A DNA stretch of 64,000 nucleotides from assembly GCA_002347855.1 (NCBI GenBank), contig DDYE01000017.1:271685-335684 (forward strand), written 5' to 3'. The stretch's first letter is position 1; each line of letters starts with the position of its first letter. The notes below the pieces were generated by a model that saw only the letters and a list, made by a program, of their open reading frames with translations, was not told the origin of the DNA and searched no databases. The position numbers and the translations under genes were made by a program. Positions 1-10,967 of the stretch are shown here, piece after piece. The stretch comes from Fidelibacterota bacterium UBA2242. Lineage in GTDB: Bacteria > Fidelibacterota > UBA2242.

Positions 1-1
1 G

Positions 2-247
2 TTAGTCGGGGCAACTAACAATTTTGTCCGCGCTCCTTTTCTAATTGAAGGCACATTAGAAGGATTATGTGCGGCAGTAGTTGCGGTTATTTTCATTGCG
101 CTCAGTTTTTATTTTATCAATAATTACTTACAAGCATTCATTTCCTATCGAGCACTGGCGAGTTATCGTTTTTATATAGGATTGTTAGTTTTGGGCAGTC
201 TGATGGGGCTGGTAGGAAGTCTGCGGGCAATCCGCAAGTTCTTATAG
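2..247 (+). CDS. ftsX: Cell-division ABC permease FtsX, C-terminal fragment (5' end lies outside the window)
   Basis: Frame-2 translation LVGATNNFVRAPFLIEGTLEGLCAAVVAVIFIALSFYFINNYLQAFISYRALASYRFYIGLLVLGSLMGLVGSLRAIRKFL* matches the conserved FtsX C-terminal TM4 region; stop TAG at 245-247. Confidence 0.7.
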   Translation, partial: LVGATNNFVRAPFLIEGTLEGLCAAVVAVIFIALSFYFINNYLQAFISYRALASYRFYIGLLVLGSLMGLVGSLRAIRKFL

Positions 248-716
248 AGCGATACGCGCCTAATTGAATTCCAGAGGTTTTCCATCAATTCAGAAGTCAT
301 TTTCCTCTGAATAAGCACCGCAGGAAAAGTAAATTCTATTGCTTATATGTAATTATTTATTGCCCCCTGTCTCTACACTCCTGCGTCAATATAGTCTGTC
401 CACCTCTAACCAAGAATGAACGCGAATGAACAAAGTGATAAGGGATGAGTGACAAGTGACAGGGCTAAAGTTATGTTAGCGGCTTATGGCATCCTTCTGC
501 GTGAATCGTGATGATGAGTTTATTATTCTTCGCAATGCCATACCTATTACTCATATCTGATACACCCAAATTTTCAATTTTCAACCTACAATCTACAATT
601 TTCAAAATAAGAAACACTGAAACGGTCCTTGAATTCCATCAGGGCGGGACACGGCGTCTCACAAAGGAATCACGGATAACGCGGAATTAATCTTTAACCA
701 TCAATGACTATTGAGT

Positions 717-742
717 AATCCGTCAATTAGCGGATTTTTTTT
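717..742 (+). terminator. Candidate rho-independent terminator (AATCCG-8nt loop-CGGATT followed by a T8 run)
   Basis: Inverted repeat aatccg/cggatt immediately followed by tttttttt, read directly from the sequence; short 6-bp stem. Confidence 0.4.
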
Positions 743-937
743 CTTCTGAAATATTGGGGAAAAATCCTGGTCATTTTTGGAAAGTTTCAAGACATGGTAT
801 TCAGTTGGCAAGGATAAATTGGCTTAACGATCATCTTTTTGAGGAGTTAAAGGTTTTGATAATGAGAGTTAGGGAAGTTTAGGGGATTTGAAGTCAGGCG
901 GGATTTCTCGCGTATTTTAGATTGACTAAAATGCTGA

Positions 938-1686
938 TTGACGAAAAAAAGGAGAAAGCCCATGATTGAACTTCAGTATTATGCAGCCTATCGTCAAATG
1001 AAAAGATTTTACGATGTGCGCTATAAGATGGTAAGGTATGCCTTAGAGAATAATATAAGCCAGGCCGCCTGGCGCTTTGGGACGACGCGCCCGACTGTTC
1101 GGAAGTGGTTAACCCGCTATTTAGCCGCAGGTGAATCTGCTCTTTTAGATGAGAGTCGGCGTCCGCAGCATAGTCCCCGCAAGATTGCTGATGCTTTAGA
1201 GAAGAGGATTGTGACTTTACGAAGTCCTCAAGAAGGGCCTAATCATTCTAATTTGCGCGTAGCGCTTGTGAAGGGGCCATTATCTCTGAAGGAGGAGTAC
1301 AATTTGCCTTGCCGTGCCGCTACCATCTATCGGGTGCTCAGGCAGGATACATGATTAAAAACGAATTTTATGATATTGAAGATTATCAAAACCTCTGGGA
1401 CTTTTTGAACAAAGCCTTTACCTATAGTGTTTATTGCAACTACCAGCGTAACTTCCGCTACAAAAGAGGACGCATTCCCATTGAGATTATGAAGGAGTAT
1501 GGCTCACCGAAAATTAATCCAGATTTGCTAGGAATATTTCCACCTTTGATCTGTGATTACCCTCTCAATGTGATTACTAAGGGTGGATACCATGTCTTGA
1601 AATCAGACACTCAGGAGGATATTTATGCTTGTATAAAGGACTTAAACGAAGTAAATTTATTTGCTTTAAGTTATTTGTTGTTTATT
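938..1686 (+). mobile_element. IS481-family transposase remnant (HTH N-terminus plus integrase C-terminal tail; catalytic DDE core deleted)
   Basis: ORF 938-1354 (likely ATG 962 with AAGGAG RBS) encodes ...ISQAAWRFGTTRPTVRKWLTRYLAAGESALLDESRRPQHSPRKI..., the HTH plus G-LxDrSRRPhxSP motif of IS481-type transposases. The frame switches at the ATGA overlap (1351-1354). Continuation 1351-1686 encodes ...YCNYQRNFRYKRGRIPIEIM..., resembling the YNxxRPHxxLGgxTPxE tail of rve integrase domains. No DDE core lies between them. Confidence 0.5.
962..1686 (+). pseudogene. Disrupted transposase gene (internal deletion/frameshift)
   Basis: The two fragments are in different frames and total about 240 aa, versus more than 350 aa for intact IS481 transposases; no inverted repeats identified. 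Confidence 0.45.
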
Positions 1687-3012
1687 ATGTTTGAGCAATT
1701 ACAGACTGGATTTGAGAAAATAGTTCGCACCTTGCGGGGTGAAGGTAAGATTACAGAAGAAAATATTGCCGATACTCTGCGTCAGGTGCGGCGCATATTG
1801 CTCGAAGCAGATGTCAATTACAAAGTTGTCAAGAAATTCATTCAAGGCATACAGGAAAAAGCAGTTGGTGTTCCGGTGACAAAGAGTTTAACACCGGGAC
1901 AAATGGTCATTAAGATAATCCATGACCAGCTTACTTCTTTGCTTGGTCAGAATCAAGTTCAGTTAAAAGATGCCGCAATTCCACCGATGGTCATAATGCT
2001 CGTCGGATTGCAGGGTACGGGTAAGACCACGACTGCTGCCAAGTTAGGTTATTATTTACGTGCTCATCAGCGGAATCCTCTGTTGGTCCCTCTGGACTTA
2101 AAGCGTCCGGCGGCAGTGGAACAGTTACAGTATCTTGGAAAGCAGCATGATTTGTCAGTATTCGTGGAGGGCAAAGAGGTCGTTGAGCGAGCCAAAGCTG
2201 CTCTGAGTCATGCCCGACAAACGCATCGCGATGTAGTTATTCTGGATACGGCGGGACGTTTGCATCTTGATGAAGAGTTAATGGCTGAATTAGTCACACT
2301 CAAAAATGAGATTAAGCCCCATAATATTATCTTGGTCGTTGATGGTATGACTGGTCAGGATGCGGTCAATACGGCGATAAGCTTCGATCAACGCCTGGAT
2401 TTAGATGGTATGATCTTGACGAAAATGGATAGTGATTCTCGCGGTGGAGCAGCTTTATCTATCGTTAAAGTCACTGGCAAGCCAATTCAATTCATCGGAA
2501 CTGGTGAGAAAATAGCCGATTTAGAAATTTTTCACCCTGACCGGATAGCCAGTCGGATTTTAGGACTTGCGGATATTGTTTCTTTGGTAGAAAAGGTACA
2601 GTCTAATGTATCACTTGAAGAAGCCCAAAAAGTGACCCAAAATTTATATGCGCGCCAGTTTACCTTAAATGATTTTCTAAGTCAGTTACAACAGGTGAAA
2701 AAATTGGGACCACTTGAGAATATATTGGCTAATCTCCCTGGTTTCTCAAGAGCTGGGAGCAGTAAATTGCAGGTTGATAATCGCGAATTGATTAAAGCCG
2801 AAGCCATCATTCAATCTATGACCATTGCCGAACGGAATAATCCGATGATTATAAATGGCAGTAGAAGACGGCGAATTGCGTTAGGAAGTGGGACGACTCC
2901 TGCGGATGTCAATCGGTTATTGAATCAGTACTGGCAAGTTGTCAAAATGTCAAAACAATTGAGAAAGATGAAAATTCCCCGGGATTTTTCCGCACTGGGT
3001 TTAAATAAATAA
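1687..3012 (+). CDS. ffh: Signal recognition particle protein Ffh
   Basis: Begins MFEQLQTGFEKIVRTLRGEGKITEENIADTLRQVRRILLEADVNYKVV (canonical Ffh N-domain). GTPase motifs GLQGTGKTT and DTAGR; M-domain present. The tool ORF extends upstream into the IS remnant, but the true start is the internal ATG. Confidence 0.9.
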   Translation: MFEQLQTGFEKIVRTLRGEGKITEENIADTLRQVRRILLEADVNYKVVKKFIQGIQEKAVGVPVTKSLTPGQMVIKIIHDQLTSLLGQNQVQLKDAAIPPMVIMLVGLQGTGKTTTAAKLGYYLRAHQRNPLLVPLDLKRPAAVEQLQYLGKQHDLSVFVEGKEVVERAKAALSHARQTHRDVVILDTAGRLHLDEELMAELVTLKNEIKPHNIILVVDGMTGQDAVNTAISFDQRLDLDGMILTKMDSDSRGGAALSIVKVTGKPIQFIGTGEKIADLEIFHPDRIASRILGLADIVSLVEKVQSNVSLEEAQKVTQNLYARQFTLNDFLSQLQQVKKLGPLENILANLPGFSRAGSSKLQVDNRELIKAEAIIQSMTIAERNNPMIINGSRRRRIALGSGTTPADVNRLLNQYWQVVKMSKQLRKMKIPRDFSALGLNK

Positions 3013-3030
3013 ATGTAAAGGAGGAAATGC

Positions 3031-3504
3031 GTGGCAGTAAAAATCAGATTATTGCGAATCGGACGGAAAAAACGACCATTTTATCGCGTGGTAGCAATTG
3101 ATTCTAGGACTCGCCGTGATGGTCGCTATCTGGAGAAACTGGGTTATTATGACCCGTTGACCAAACCAGCGACCGTGAAGCTTGAAAAGGAGAAAATTTT
3201 AGCTTGGTTAGAGAAGGGAGCTATCCCCTCTGAAACCGTTTTTAACCTTTTGCAGAAAGAGGGAATTGCCCTCGAATGGCATTTAATAAAAAATAAATTT
3301 GATGCTCAGGCGGCAAATATAGAACTGCAGAAATGGGCGATGTTGAGGAAAATGCCAGTTACCAAATTAGAAAATACGCTGCTTGAACCTGAAAAAGAGG
3401 TTGTTCTGGAAGAAGAGACTGAAGCACCCGCTGAAGAAGTTAAACCTTCCGGAGAAGAAAAACCTGTTGAGGAATCTCCTGGGGAATCGACAGAGACCAA
3501 TTAA
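3031..3504 (+). CDS. rpsP: 30S ribosomal protein S16 with acidic/Pro-rich C-terminal extension
   Basis: GTG start; [42 protein letters not shown] is canonical bS16. AGGAGG RBS upstream. C-terminal about 70 aa rich in E/K/P. Confidence 0.9.
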   Translation: MAVKIRLLRIGRKKRPFYRVVAIDSRTRRDGRYLEKLGYYDPLTKPATVKLEKEKILAWLEKGAIPSETVFNLLQKEGIALEWHLIKNKFDAQAANIELQKWAMLRKMPVTKLENTLLEPEKEVVLEEETEAPAEEVKPSGEEKPVEESPGESTETN

Positions 3505-3602
3505 ATACGTTATTTTTTGAAAAATTAGATTCTTTCTTAAATTTTAACTGCTTGGTTTTTTGAAAAAGGTATTAATCTGCAACCAGAAAGAGGAGAACAC
3601 CT

Positions 3603-3836
3603 ATGAAAGAGTTCGTCGAATTCATCGTTAAGAGATTAGTTGATCATCCTGATGAAGTAAAGGTATCCCAAATTGACAGTGAAAAGACTGTAATTTTGGA
3701 ACTGCAGGTAAAAGAAGGCGATTTAGGTAAGGTCATTGGCAAGAAGGGACGCACTGCCAAAGCCATTCGAACGCTCTTAACAGCCGCAGCCGCCAAGCAA
3801 GGACAGAAACGCGCCATTTTAGAGATTATTGAATAA
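3603..3836 (+). CDS. KH-domain RNA-binding protein (UPF0109/YlqC-like)
   Basis: 77 aa with [18 protein letters not shown], a KH GXXG motif. Conserved position between rpsP and rimM. GAGGAG RBS. Confidence 0.7.
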   Translation: MKEFVEFIVKRLVDHPDEVKVSQIDSEKTVILELQVKEGDLGKVIGKKGRTAKAIRTLLTAAAAKQGQKRAILEIIE

Positions 3837-3838
3837 CT

Positions 3839-4351
3839 TTGAGGATGACGAAGGTAGCACTTACCCTAATTGGGTCTATCCTCAAGGCGCGTGGTTTAAA
3901 AGGGGAGGTGCTACTGAAAGTTCATTCACAAAGTGTTGAAATTAACCAGAATCTCAAGGTGGTTTGGTTGGGTGAGGATGACGACCACCTTTATCCGTGG
4001 GAAGTAGAATACTTACGGATAAGAGAAAAATCTGCTTTTTTGAAATTGCGAGCTATTAATTCCCGGAGTGAAGCGGAGTATCTAAAAAATCTTTCTGTTT
4101 ACGTACCAGTCGATGATTTGAAAGAACCGGAATATTCAACGCTAATCGGTTTTCGTGTAAAAGCTCATGATTGGTCAGAAATTATCGGCGAAATTACAGC
4201 CTTTGATGATACAGGCAAGCAGGCTCAATTTACCGTACAAGTTGGACAAAAAAACCTGCTTTACCCGGCTGTAACCGAGCTTATTGGTGCAATTGACTGG
4301 GATAATCGGACGGTATGCTTGAATATGATTGAGGATTTGATAAATCTATGA
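3839..4351 (+). CDS. rimM: Ribosome maturation factor RimM (probable start ATG 3845)
   Basis: MTKVALTLIGSILKARGLKGEVLLKV... RimM N-terminal motif. Stop overlaps the trmD start. Confidence 0.85.
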   Translation: MRMTKVALTLIGSILKARGLKGEVLLKVHSQSVEINQNLKVVWLGEDDDHLYPWEVEYLRIREKSAFLKLRAINSRSEAEYLKNLSVYVPVDDLKEPEYSTLIGFRVKAHDWSEIIGEITAFDDTGKQAQFTVQVGQKNLLYPAVTELIGAIDWDNRTVCLNMIEDLINL

Positions 4352-5070
4352 AAATATTTATTGTGACCGCCTTCCCGGGAATGATTCAAGCCTGTTTGAG
4401 TGTCAGTATGTTCCAGAAGGCAATGGAAAAAGGTTGTGTCGAATATTATGTCTGGAATTTGCGGGATTTTACCCGTGATAAACATAAGCAGATTGACGAC
4501 AAACCTTTTGGTGGCGGAGCCGGAATGGTGTTGAAGCCGGAACCATTTTTCCGAGCGTTCGACAAAATTAAAAAACTCACGAATAAGAAAAGTTTAAGGG
4601 TCATTTTTCCAACACCACAGGGCAAAATTTTTAATCACCAGTTAGCTACTGAATTAGCCACCGAACCAGAACTGGTTATTTTCTGCGGACATTATAAAGG
4701 AGTCGATGAGCGGGTAATAGAAAGTCTGGTGACCGACGAAATTAGTATTGGCGACTATGTCTTAACAGGCGGGGAATTACCAGCTTTGGTGATAATTGAT
4801 GCTGTAATTCGGCATATACCCCAGGTTCTCCACTCTTACGATTCAGCCGCCACCGATTCTTTTGCTGATTATTTACTGGAAGGACCAATCTACACTCATC
4901 CACGTCGTTACCGGCGCAAAGCGGTACCTGAAATTTTATTAAGTGGCAATCATGCCAAAATACAAATGTGGCGAGAAGAACAGCGCCTTAAACGCACCCG
5001 AGAACGCCGCATGGATTTGCTAAACCTAAGATCTAAAAAGGAAAAGGAAATTGGAGGAAAAAATGGATAA
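4348..5070 (+). CDS. trmD: tRNA (guanine37-N1)-methyltransferase TrmD
   Basis: [14 protein letters not shown]..., GGGAGMV and [17 protein letters not shown] motifs. Follows rimM, classic operon order. Confidence 0.9.
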   Translation: MKIFIVTAFPGMIQACLSVSMFQKAMEKGCVEYYVWNLRDFTRDKHKQIDDKPFGGGAGMVLKPEPFFRAFDKIKKLTNKKSLRVIFPTPQGKIFNHQLATELATEPELVIFCGHYKGVDERVIESLVTDEISIGDYVLTGGELPALVIIDAVIRHIPQVLHSYDSAATDSFADYLLEGPIYTHPRRYRRKAVPEILLSGNHAKIQMWREEQRLKRTRERRMDLLNLRSKKEKEIGGKNG

Positions 5071-5413
5071 ATTAACTGCAGCAGTAGCTGACCAATTAAA
5101 GACTGATATTCCTAACTTTAAACCTGGTGATACCGTAGCGGTTGAAGTCAAGACTATCGAAGGAGATAAAGAACGTATTCAGACTTTCAAGGGCGTAGTC
5201 ATAGCTCGAAGCGGGTCGAATGTCAGTGAGACTTTTACTGTGCGAAAAATTTCGAACGGTATTGGAGTAGAAAGAATTTTTCCCCTTCATTCGCCAAAGA
5301 TTACAAAGATCGAGCGCATATCCACCGGTAGGGTGCGGCGCGCCAAATTGTACTATCTACGCAATTTAAAAGGCAAAGCAGCCAAGATTAAAGAAGAAGA
5401 TCAGAAAATATAA
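5063..5413 (+). CDS. rplS: 50S ribosomal protein L19
   Basis: [48 protein letters not shown] is canonical bL19. GGAGG lies 8 nt upstream of ATG 5063; the tool ORF starts at TTG 5051. Confidence 0.9.
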   Translation: MDKLTAAVADQLKTDIPNFKPGDTVAVEVKTIEGDKERIQTFKGVVIARSGSNVSETFTVRKISNGIGVERIFPLHSPKITKIERISTGRVRRAKLYYLRNLKGKAAKIKEEDQKI

Positions 5414-5426
5414 GGTTAACATTTCT

Positions 5427-6227
5427 TTAAAAATTATTGTTAGCGATAAAATCTATCCCAACGATAATTAGGAAAATACCATAAAGTCGCCTCACAGTTT
5501 TAGTCGGTAACTTTAAGGTTAAGAGGGCGCCATTAAAAGCTCCCAAAAATAAGCCAAATCCAATAAAAATAGCCGCGCGCAAGTCTAATAACCCAGCGTT
5601 ATAATAGACCGCAACACCCGGTAAACCAACTGGAAATAAGAGAGCAAGAAGAGAAGTACCGATTGCTAATTTATAAGGGAACCGGAAAAGAGTAGTCAAT
5701 AAAGGTACAATTACAATACCACCGCCAATTCCAAAAAAGCCAGCAAAAATTCCAGCCAAGATACCCACTATAAGCGCAGTAGCGACGGGATTTTTAGGAT
5801 AAGTGGGGCTATCATTTTCATTTGCCGGTGAGAAATTCGGTGTCTGTTTTTTCTTTAGAATCTTAGAGAATTCCAAAAAGTTATTGCTTATAATGAGTAG
5901 AAAAAGTCCGTAGATTTTTTTCAGGAGGTCGCTGGGAATCTGAACAGCTGAAAGTGAACCAATCAATACCCCCCCAACAATACCCGCCGCTATAATAAGA
6001 GCAGTCTTAACTTGAACTAAATTTTCGCGATAATATTTTATCACTGCAAGAATGCCGACAGGCAGTAAGAGAGCAGCCAGTGAGGTCCCATTTGCCATAG
6101 CAGGAGGGAAATGATAGAAAAGAATTAGAGCCGGAACGATGACAATACCGCCACCAATTCCAAACATACCTGACATGATGCCAGCAATAGTACCTAAAAA
6201 TAAATAGGAAAGAAAATTTGTAATCAT
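5427..6227 (-). CDS. TauE/SafE (DUF81) family sulfite/anion exporter-like membrane protein
   Basis: 266 aa with two internal repeats, each bearing GMFGIGGGIVIVP / GFFGIGGGIVIVP motifs typical of the TauE/SafE family. Polytopic. Confidence 0.7.
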   Translation of the reverse strand: MITNFLSYLFLGTIAGIMSGMFGIGGGIVIVPALILFYHFPPAMANGTSLAALLLPVGILAVIKYYRENLVQVKTALIIAAGIVGGVLIGSLSAVQIPSDLLKKIYGLFLLIISNNFLEFSKILKKKQTPNFSPANENDSPTYPKNPVATALIVGILAGIFAGFFGIGGGIVIVPLLTTLFRFPYKLAIGTSLLALLFPVGLPGVAVYYNAGLLDLRAAIFIGFGLFLGAFNGALLTLKLPTKTVRRLYGIFLIIVGIDFIANNNF

Positions 6228-6482
6228 AATTTCTTTAAGTAAGTTACGAAAGAAGTGGCGATGAAAAAAAGGTTGATAACGTTATGTTCACAGGAAAGGA
6301 ATTAATGGTTGCGGTTATATTAAAAATGCTTCTGCCTTTATGGCGCAAGGTAAAAGTGGCACATCATTTGTAAAACTAAAGGCGCTTTTTTGACAAGTTG
6401 TCCCGCCCAGGTGGGATTAGAAACAAAGTTAGGTTTGAATCGGGCAGTGAAAATAAAACATAAACAATGAAAGGAGAATTGT

Positions 6483-6767
6483 ATGAAGATTAAGCCTTTA
6501 GCAGATCGAGTAGTTGTGAAACCTTCTGAGGCTGAAGAGAAGACCGCAGGAGGAATCATTTTACCGGATACTGCCAAGGAAAAACCACAAGAGGGTACGG
6601 TAGTGGCTGTAGGTCCTGGCAAAGTCAGTGAGAATGGTGCCAAAATACCTATGGAGGTCAAAGTGGGTGACCGGGTATTGTATGGGAAATATTCGGGTAC
6701 CGAAGTCACGATTGATGGTGTTGAGCATCTGATTATGCGCGAAAGCGATATTTTAGCGATTTTATAA
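6483..6767 (+). CDS. groES: Co-chaperonin GroES
   Basis: [35 protein letters not shown]..., canonical. Confidence 0.95.
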   Translation: MKIKPLADRVVVKPSEAEEKTAGGIILPDTAKEKPQEGTVVAVGPGKVSENGAKIPMEVKVGDRVLYGKYSGTEVTIDGVEHLIMRESDILAIL

Positions 6768-6783
6768 AAATAAGGAGACATGA

Positions 6784-8466
<1,683 letters not shown>

Positions 8467-8483
8467 GAGAATGCTTTTCGAAA

Positions 8484-8518
8484 AAGCCCCTGAATTGATT
8501 TCAGGGGCTTTTTTTTAT
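8484..8518 (+). terminator. Rho-independent terminator after groEL
   Basis: aagcccctgaa-ttgat-ttcaggggctt perfect 11-bp stem followed by a T8 run. Confidence 0.8.
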
Positions 8519-8597
8519 AGATAAAAAGATTTTTTCTCCTTAACTTTAATCAATAATATTTGATATATGATAAAAATTCAACAATAGAGGAGGAATT

Positions 8598-8981
8598 ATG
8601 GCAGGATTGTGGGATAATATTAAAAAGAATGTGAGTGAATTTGCGACTAAGGCTGCCGAAAAAGCAGGCGAAATTACTCGTGAAGCTGCTGATAAAGCAG
8701 AAGAACTTACTAAACTCGGGAAGGTGAAATTGGACATTTTCCAAATCAAACGTGACATCGAGAAAAAATTTACTGAATTGGGTGGCACAGTCTATGATTT
8801 AGTGAATGGTACCGAAGAAACTGATATTGCCAACCATTCCAAAGTGCAAGCAATCGTGAAAGATGTCCAGAATCTCGAAGTCCAGCTAAAAGAAAAAGAA
8901 GCTCTATACGAGAAAATTCGCGCCACCTCTAAGGAAGGTGCCAAACCAGAAACACCACCGCCGGCGGAAACTGATAAATAA
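8598..8981 (+). CDS. Hypothetical coiled-coil protein (127 aa), Lys/Glu-rich
   Basis: GGAGG RBS. Predicted all-helical, with EAADKAEELTKLGKVKLDIFQIKRDIEKK. No recognisable catalytic motif. Preceded by the groEL terminator. Confidence 0.4.
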   Translation: MAGLWDNIKKNVSEFATKAAEKAGEITREAADKAEELTKLGKVKLDIFQIKRDIEKKFTELGGTVYDLVNGTEETDIANHSKVQAIVKDVQNLEVQLKEKEALYEKIRATSKEGAKPETPPPAETDK

Positions 8982-9017
8982 ACAATTACCATTACTTCTC
9001 TTCTAAGGTTTACGCTT

Positions 9018-9884
9018 ATGTTAGAAGAAGGGCCATCAAAAAAAAATCTTCCCTTCTCTGCCAGTGGTATTTTAAAACGCTACCTTGAAGAAATTAGTCG
9101 CGAACAGCTGCTGACACCAGCTGAGGAAATCGAATTAGCCATTAGAGTAAAAAATGGTGATCCAGAAGCACTGGATAAATTTTTAAGAGCGAATCTCCGC
9201 TTCGTTGTTTCCGTAGCAAAAAAATATCAGAATCACGGGCTTTCTCTGGAAGACCTAATTAACGAAGGAAATATTGGATTAATTAAAGCTGCTAAACGCT
9301 ACGATGAAACGCGTGGTTTTAAATTTATTTCGTACGCCGTCTGGTGGATCAGGCAAACCATTTTGCAGGCTATTTCTGAATATGCTCGCCTCGTTCGCTT
9401 ACCGTTAAATGTGGTTGGTAATATCAACAAAATTTCAAAAGCAAAAGCTAATTTTGAGCGCGATTTTGAACGCGAGCCAACCGAAGAAGAAATTGAAGAA
9501 ATACTGTGGAATGAAAATATTGACCTGGATTTGACGCGGCAGCTTAGTGAAAAACCACTCAGTATTGATTCTCCTCTTACTCAGGACAATAGCTGCACTT
9601 TACAAGACGTTATTCCGGGGCAAGAGGAATTTGATCCAGTTTTTCATATCAACGAAGAATCGTTTCAACTGGAAATTCAGCAAGCGTTGAATACTTTAGA
9701 GAAAAGGGAAGCCGAAGTTTTACGGCGTTATTTTGGTATCGGACAAGAATCACCTGAGTCACTTGAGCAAATCGGTGCTGCTCTCAATTTGACTCGTGAA
9801 CGTGTACGGCAGATAAAAGAAAAAGCCTTGCGCAAACTGCGACATAGTTCTCGTACATTTTATTTACGAGGTTATCTTGGATAA
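9018..9884 (+). CDS. rpoD: RNA polymerase sigma-70 family factor (short primary-like, RpoD/SigA-type, lacks region 1.1)
   Basis: Region 2 DLINEGNIGLIKAAKRYDETRGFKFISYAVWWIRQTI and region 4 LEQIGAALNLTRERVRQIKEKALRKLR. 288 aa, like the short housekeeping sigma of FCB-group bacteria. Confidence 0.75.
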   Translation: MLEEGPSKKNLPFSASGILKRYLEEISREQLLTPAEEIELAIRVKNGDPEALDKFLRANLRFVVSVAKKYQNHGLSLEDLINEGNIGLIKAAKRYDETRGFKFISYAVWWIRQTILQAISEYARLVRLPLNVVGNINKISKAKANFERDFEREPTEEEIEEILWNENIDLDLTRQLSEKPLSIDSPLTQDNSCTLQDVIPGQEEFDPVFHINEESFQLEIQQALNTLEKREAEVLRRYFGIGQESPESLEQIGAALNLTRERVRQIKEKALRKLRHSSRTFYLRGYLG

Positions 9885-9892
9885 AAAATTGT

Positions 9893-9921
9893 TGACAAAT
9901 TCGATTTCAGTACGTAAAATA
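9893..9921 (+). promoter_or_regulatory. Candidate sigma-70-type promoter TTGACA-17-TAAAAT
   Basis: ttgaca aattcgatttcagtacg taaaat upstream of the M23 peptidase gene. Sequence match only. Confidence 0.3.
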
Positions 9922-9968
9922 GCATTGCAGATGGGTCAAGTGAGAAAAGGTAGAAGATTCGAAGATAG

Positions 9969-10889
9969 ATGAAGAGCGTACCTAAGGTTCTTTTTGTTTG
10001 GCATACATCCAAAGGAGTGCGTTCCTTTTCGTTTACCATCGGAAAAATAGCGGCTGTTACTACTGGTATCGTTCTGGGATTAGCCTTACTGGTTTTCCTC
10101 AGTGCCAATGTTTTATCTCATATGGTCTATCAAAACAAGATTCACAAATTGAAAAAGAATAATAGCCGGCTCATCAATACCTTTTACGACCTTTCTAATC
10201 GCCTCCAGCGAATGGAGTCTGAGGTCAGCCTGCTTGTCGAAAAAGATAAAGCCCTGCGCACTTATGTTGATTTACCGAGCATTGATACTGACATCCGCAA
10301 GCTCGGTATCGGTGGTAAAGTAGTTTCTGAAACCGAAGAACTTGATCAACTGCTGCCGGATGGCAATTTAAAAATATCCGATTTGGCAAATAATCTTGAC
10401 CGACTCGCTCGTGAAATGAAATTCGAAAGAATCAGCTACGAAACAATTTATGACGCTTTTAAGAATCGTACCGATCAGATACAATCCACCCCGTCTATTC
10501 GACCAATTTATACTGGTTTTATCAGTGATGGATATGGCTATCGCCGTGATCCTTTTACTGGGCGGCGAGAATTTCATTATGGTATTGACATTTCAGCACC
10601 AATGGGGACTCCGGTCTTTGCAAGCGCAGATGGTGTGGTTGGTTCAACTGGTTACAAGGGCACCTACGGGAATATGGTGGAGATTAATCACGGTTTTGGC
10701 TATTCAACTGTCTATGCCCATCTTTCACGGATTTATGTCAAACCCGGTGATGTCATTAAACGTGGGCAGCGGATTGGAGAGGTCGGTAGCACCGGACGGA
10801 GCACTGGTCCCCATCTCCATTATGAGGTTTTGCAATTCAATATCAATAAAAATCCTCTCGACTATTTCTTCACGGGATACATTCACTAA
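9969..10889 (+). CDS. M23 family metallopeptidase (membrane-anchored, coiled-coil N-region)
   Basis: C-terminal HYGIDISAPMGTPVFASADGVV...GPHLHYEV are the LytM/M23 motifs. N-terminal TM plus coiled coil. Confidence 0.8.
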   Translation: MKSVPKVLFVWHTSKGVRSFSFTIGKIAAVTTGIVLGLALLVFLSANVLSHMVYQNKIHKLKKNNSRLINTFYDLSNRLQRMESEVSLLVEKDKALRTYVDLPSIDTDIRKLGIGGKVVSETEELDQLLPDGNLKISDLANNLDRLAREMKFERISYETIYDAFKNRTDQIQSTPSIRPIYTGFISDGYGYRRDPFTGRREFHYGIDISAPMGTPVFASADGVVGSTGYKGTYGNMVEINHGFGYSTVYAHLSRIYVKPGDVIKRGQRIGEVGSTGRSTGPHLHYEVLQFNINKNPLDYFFTGYIH

Positions 10890-10967
10890 TATCGTTAGTT
10901 AAAGATACACTCCCTTTCAGGTATAATCATAGGAAATTGATTTAATTCTCTTAAATTTTCGCGGTAT

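Noticed and set aside
508-690. 60-aa ORF in the ftsX-transposase intergenic region
   Set aside because: GTG start without RBS, low-complexity hydrophobic then basic sequence; more likely non-coding.
6338-6482. Looked for a CIRCE (TTAGCACTC-N9-GAGTGCTAA) operator or clear sigma-32 promoter upstream of groES
   Set aside because: No CIRCE inverted repeat present; only a weak TTGACA-like box with a poor -10 box. Heat-shock control here is not deducible from sequence.
6338-6781. 147-aa minus-strand ORF antisense to groES, plus similar antisense ORFs inside groEL, polA, the TonB receptor gene and the polysaccharide genes
   Set aside because: Entirely embedded opposite well-supported conserved genes; typical spurious antisense frames.
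10450-10902. 150-aa alternate-frame ORF overlapping the 3' half of the M23 peptidase gene
   Set aside because: Overlaps the conserved catalytic region of the peptidase in another frame; no RBS.
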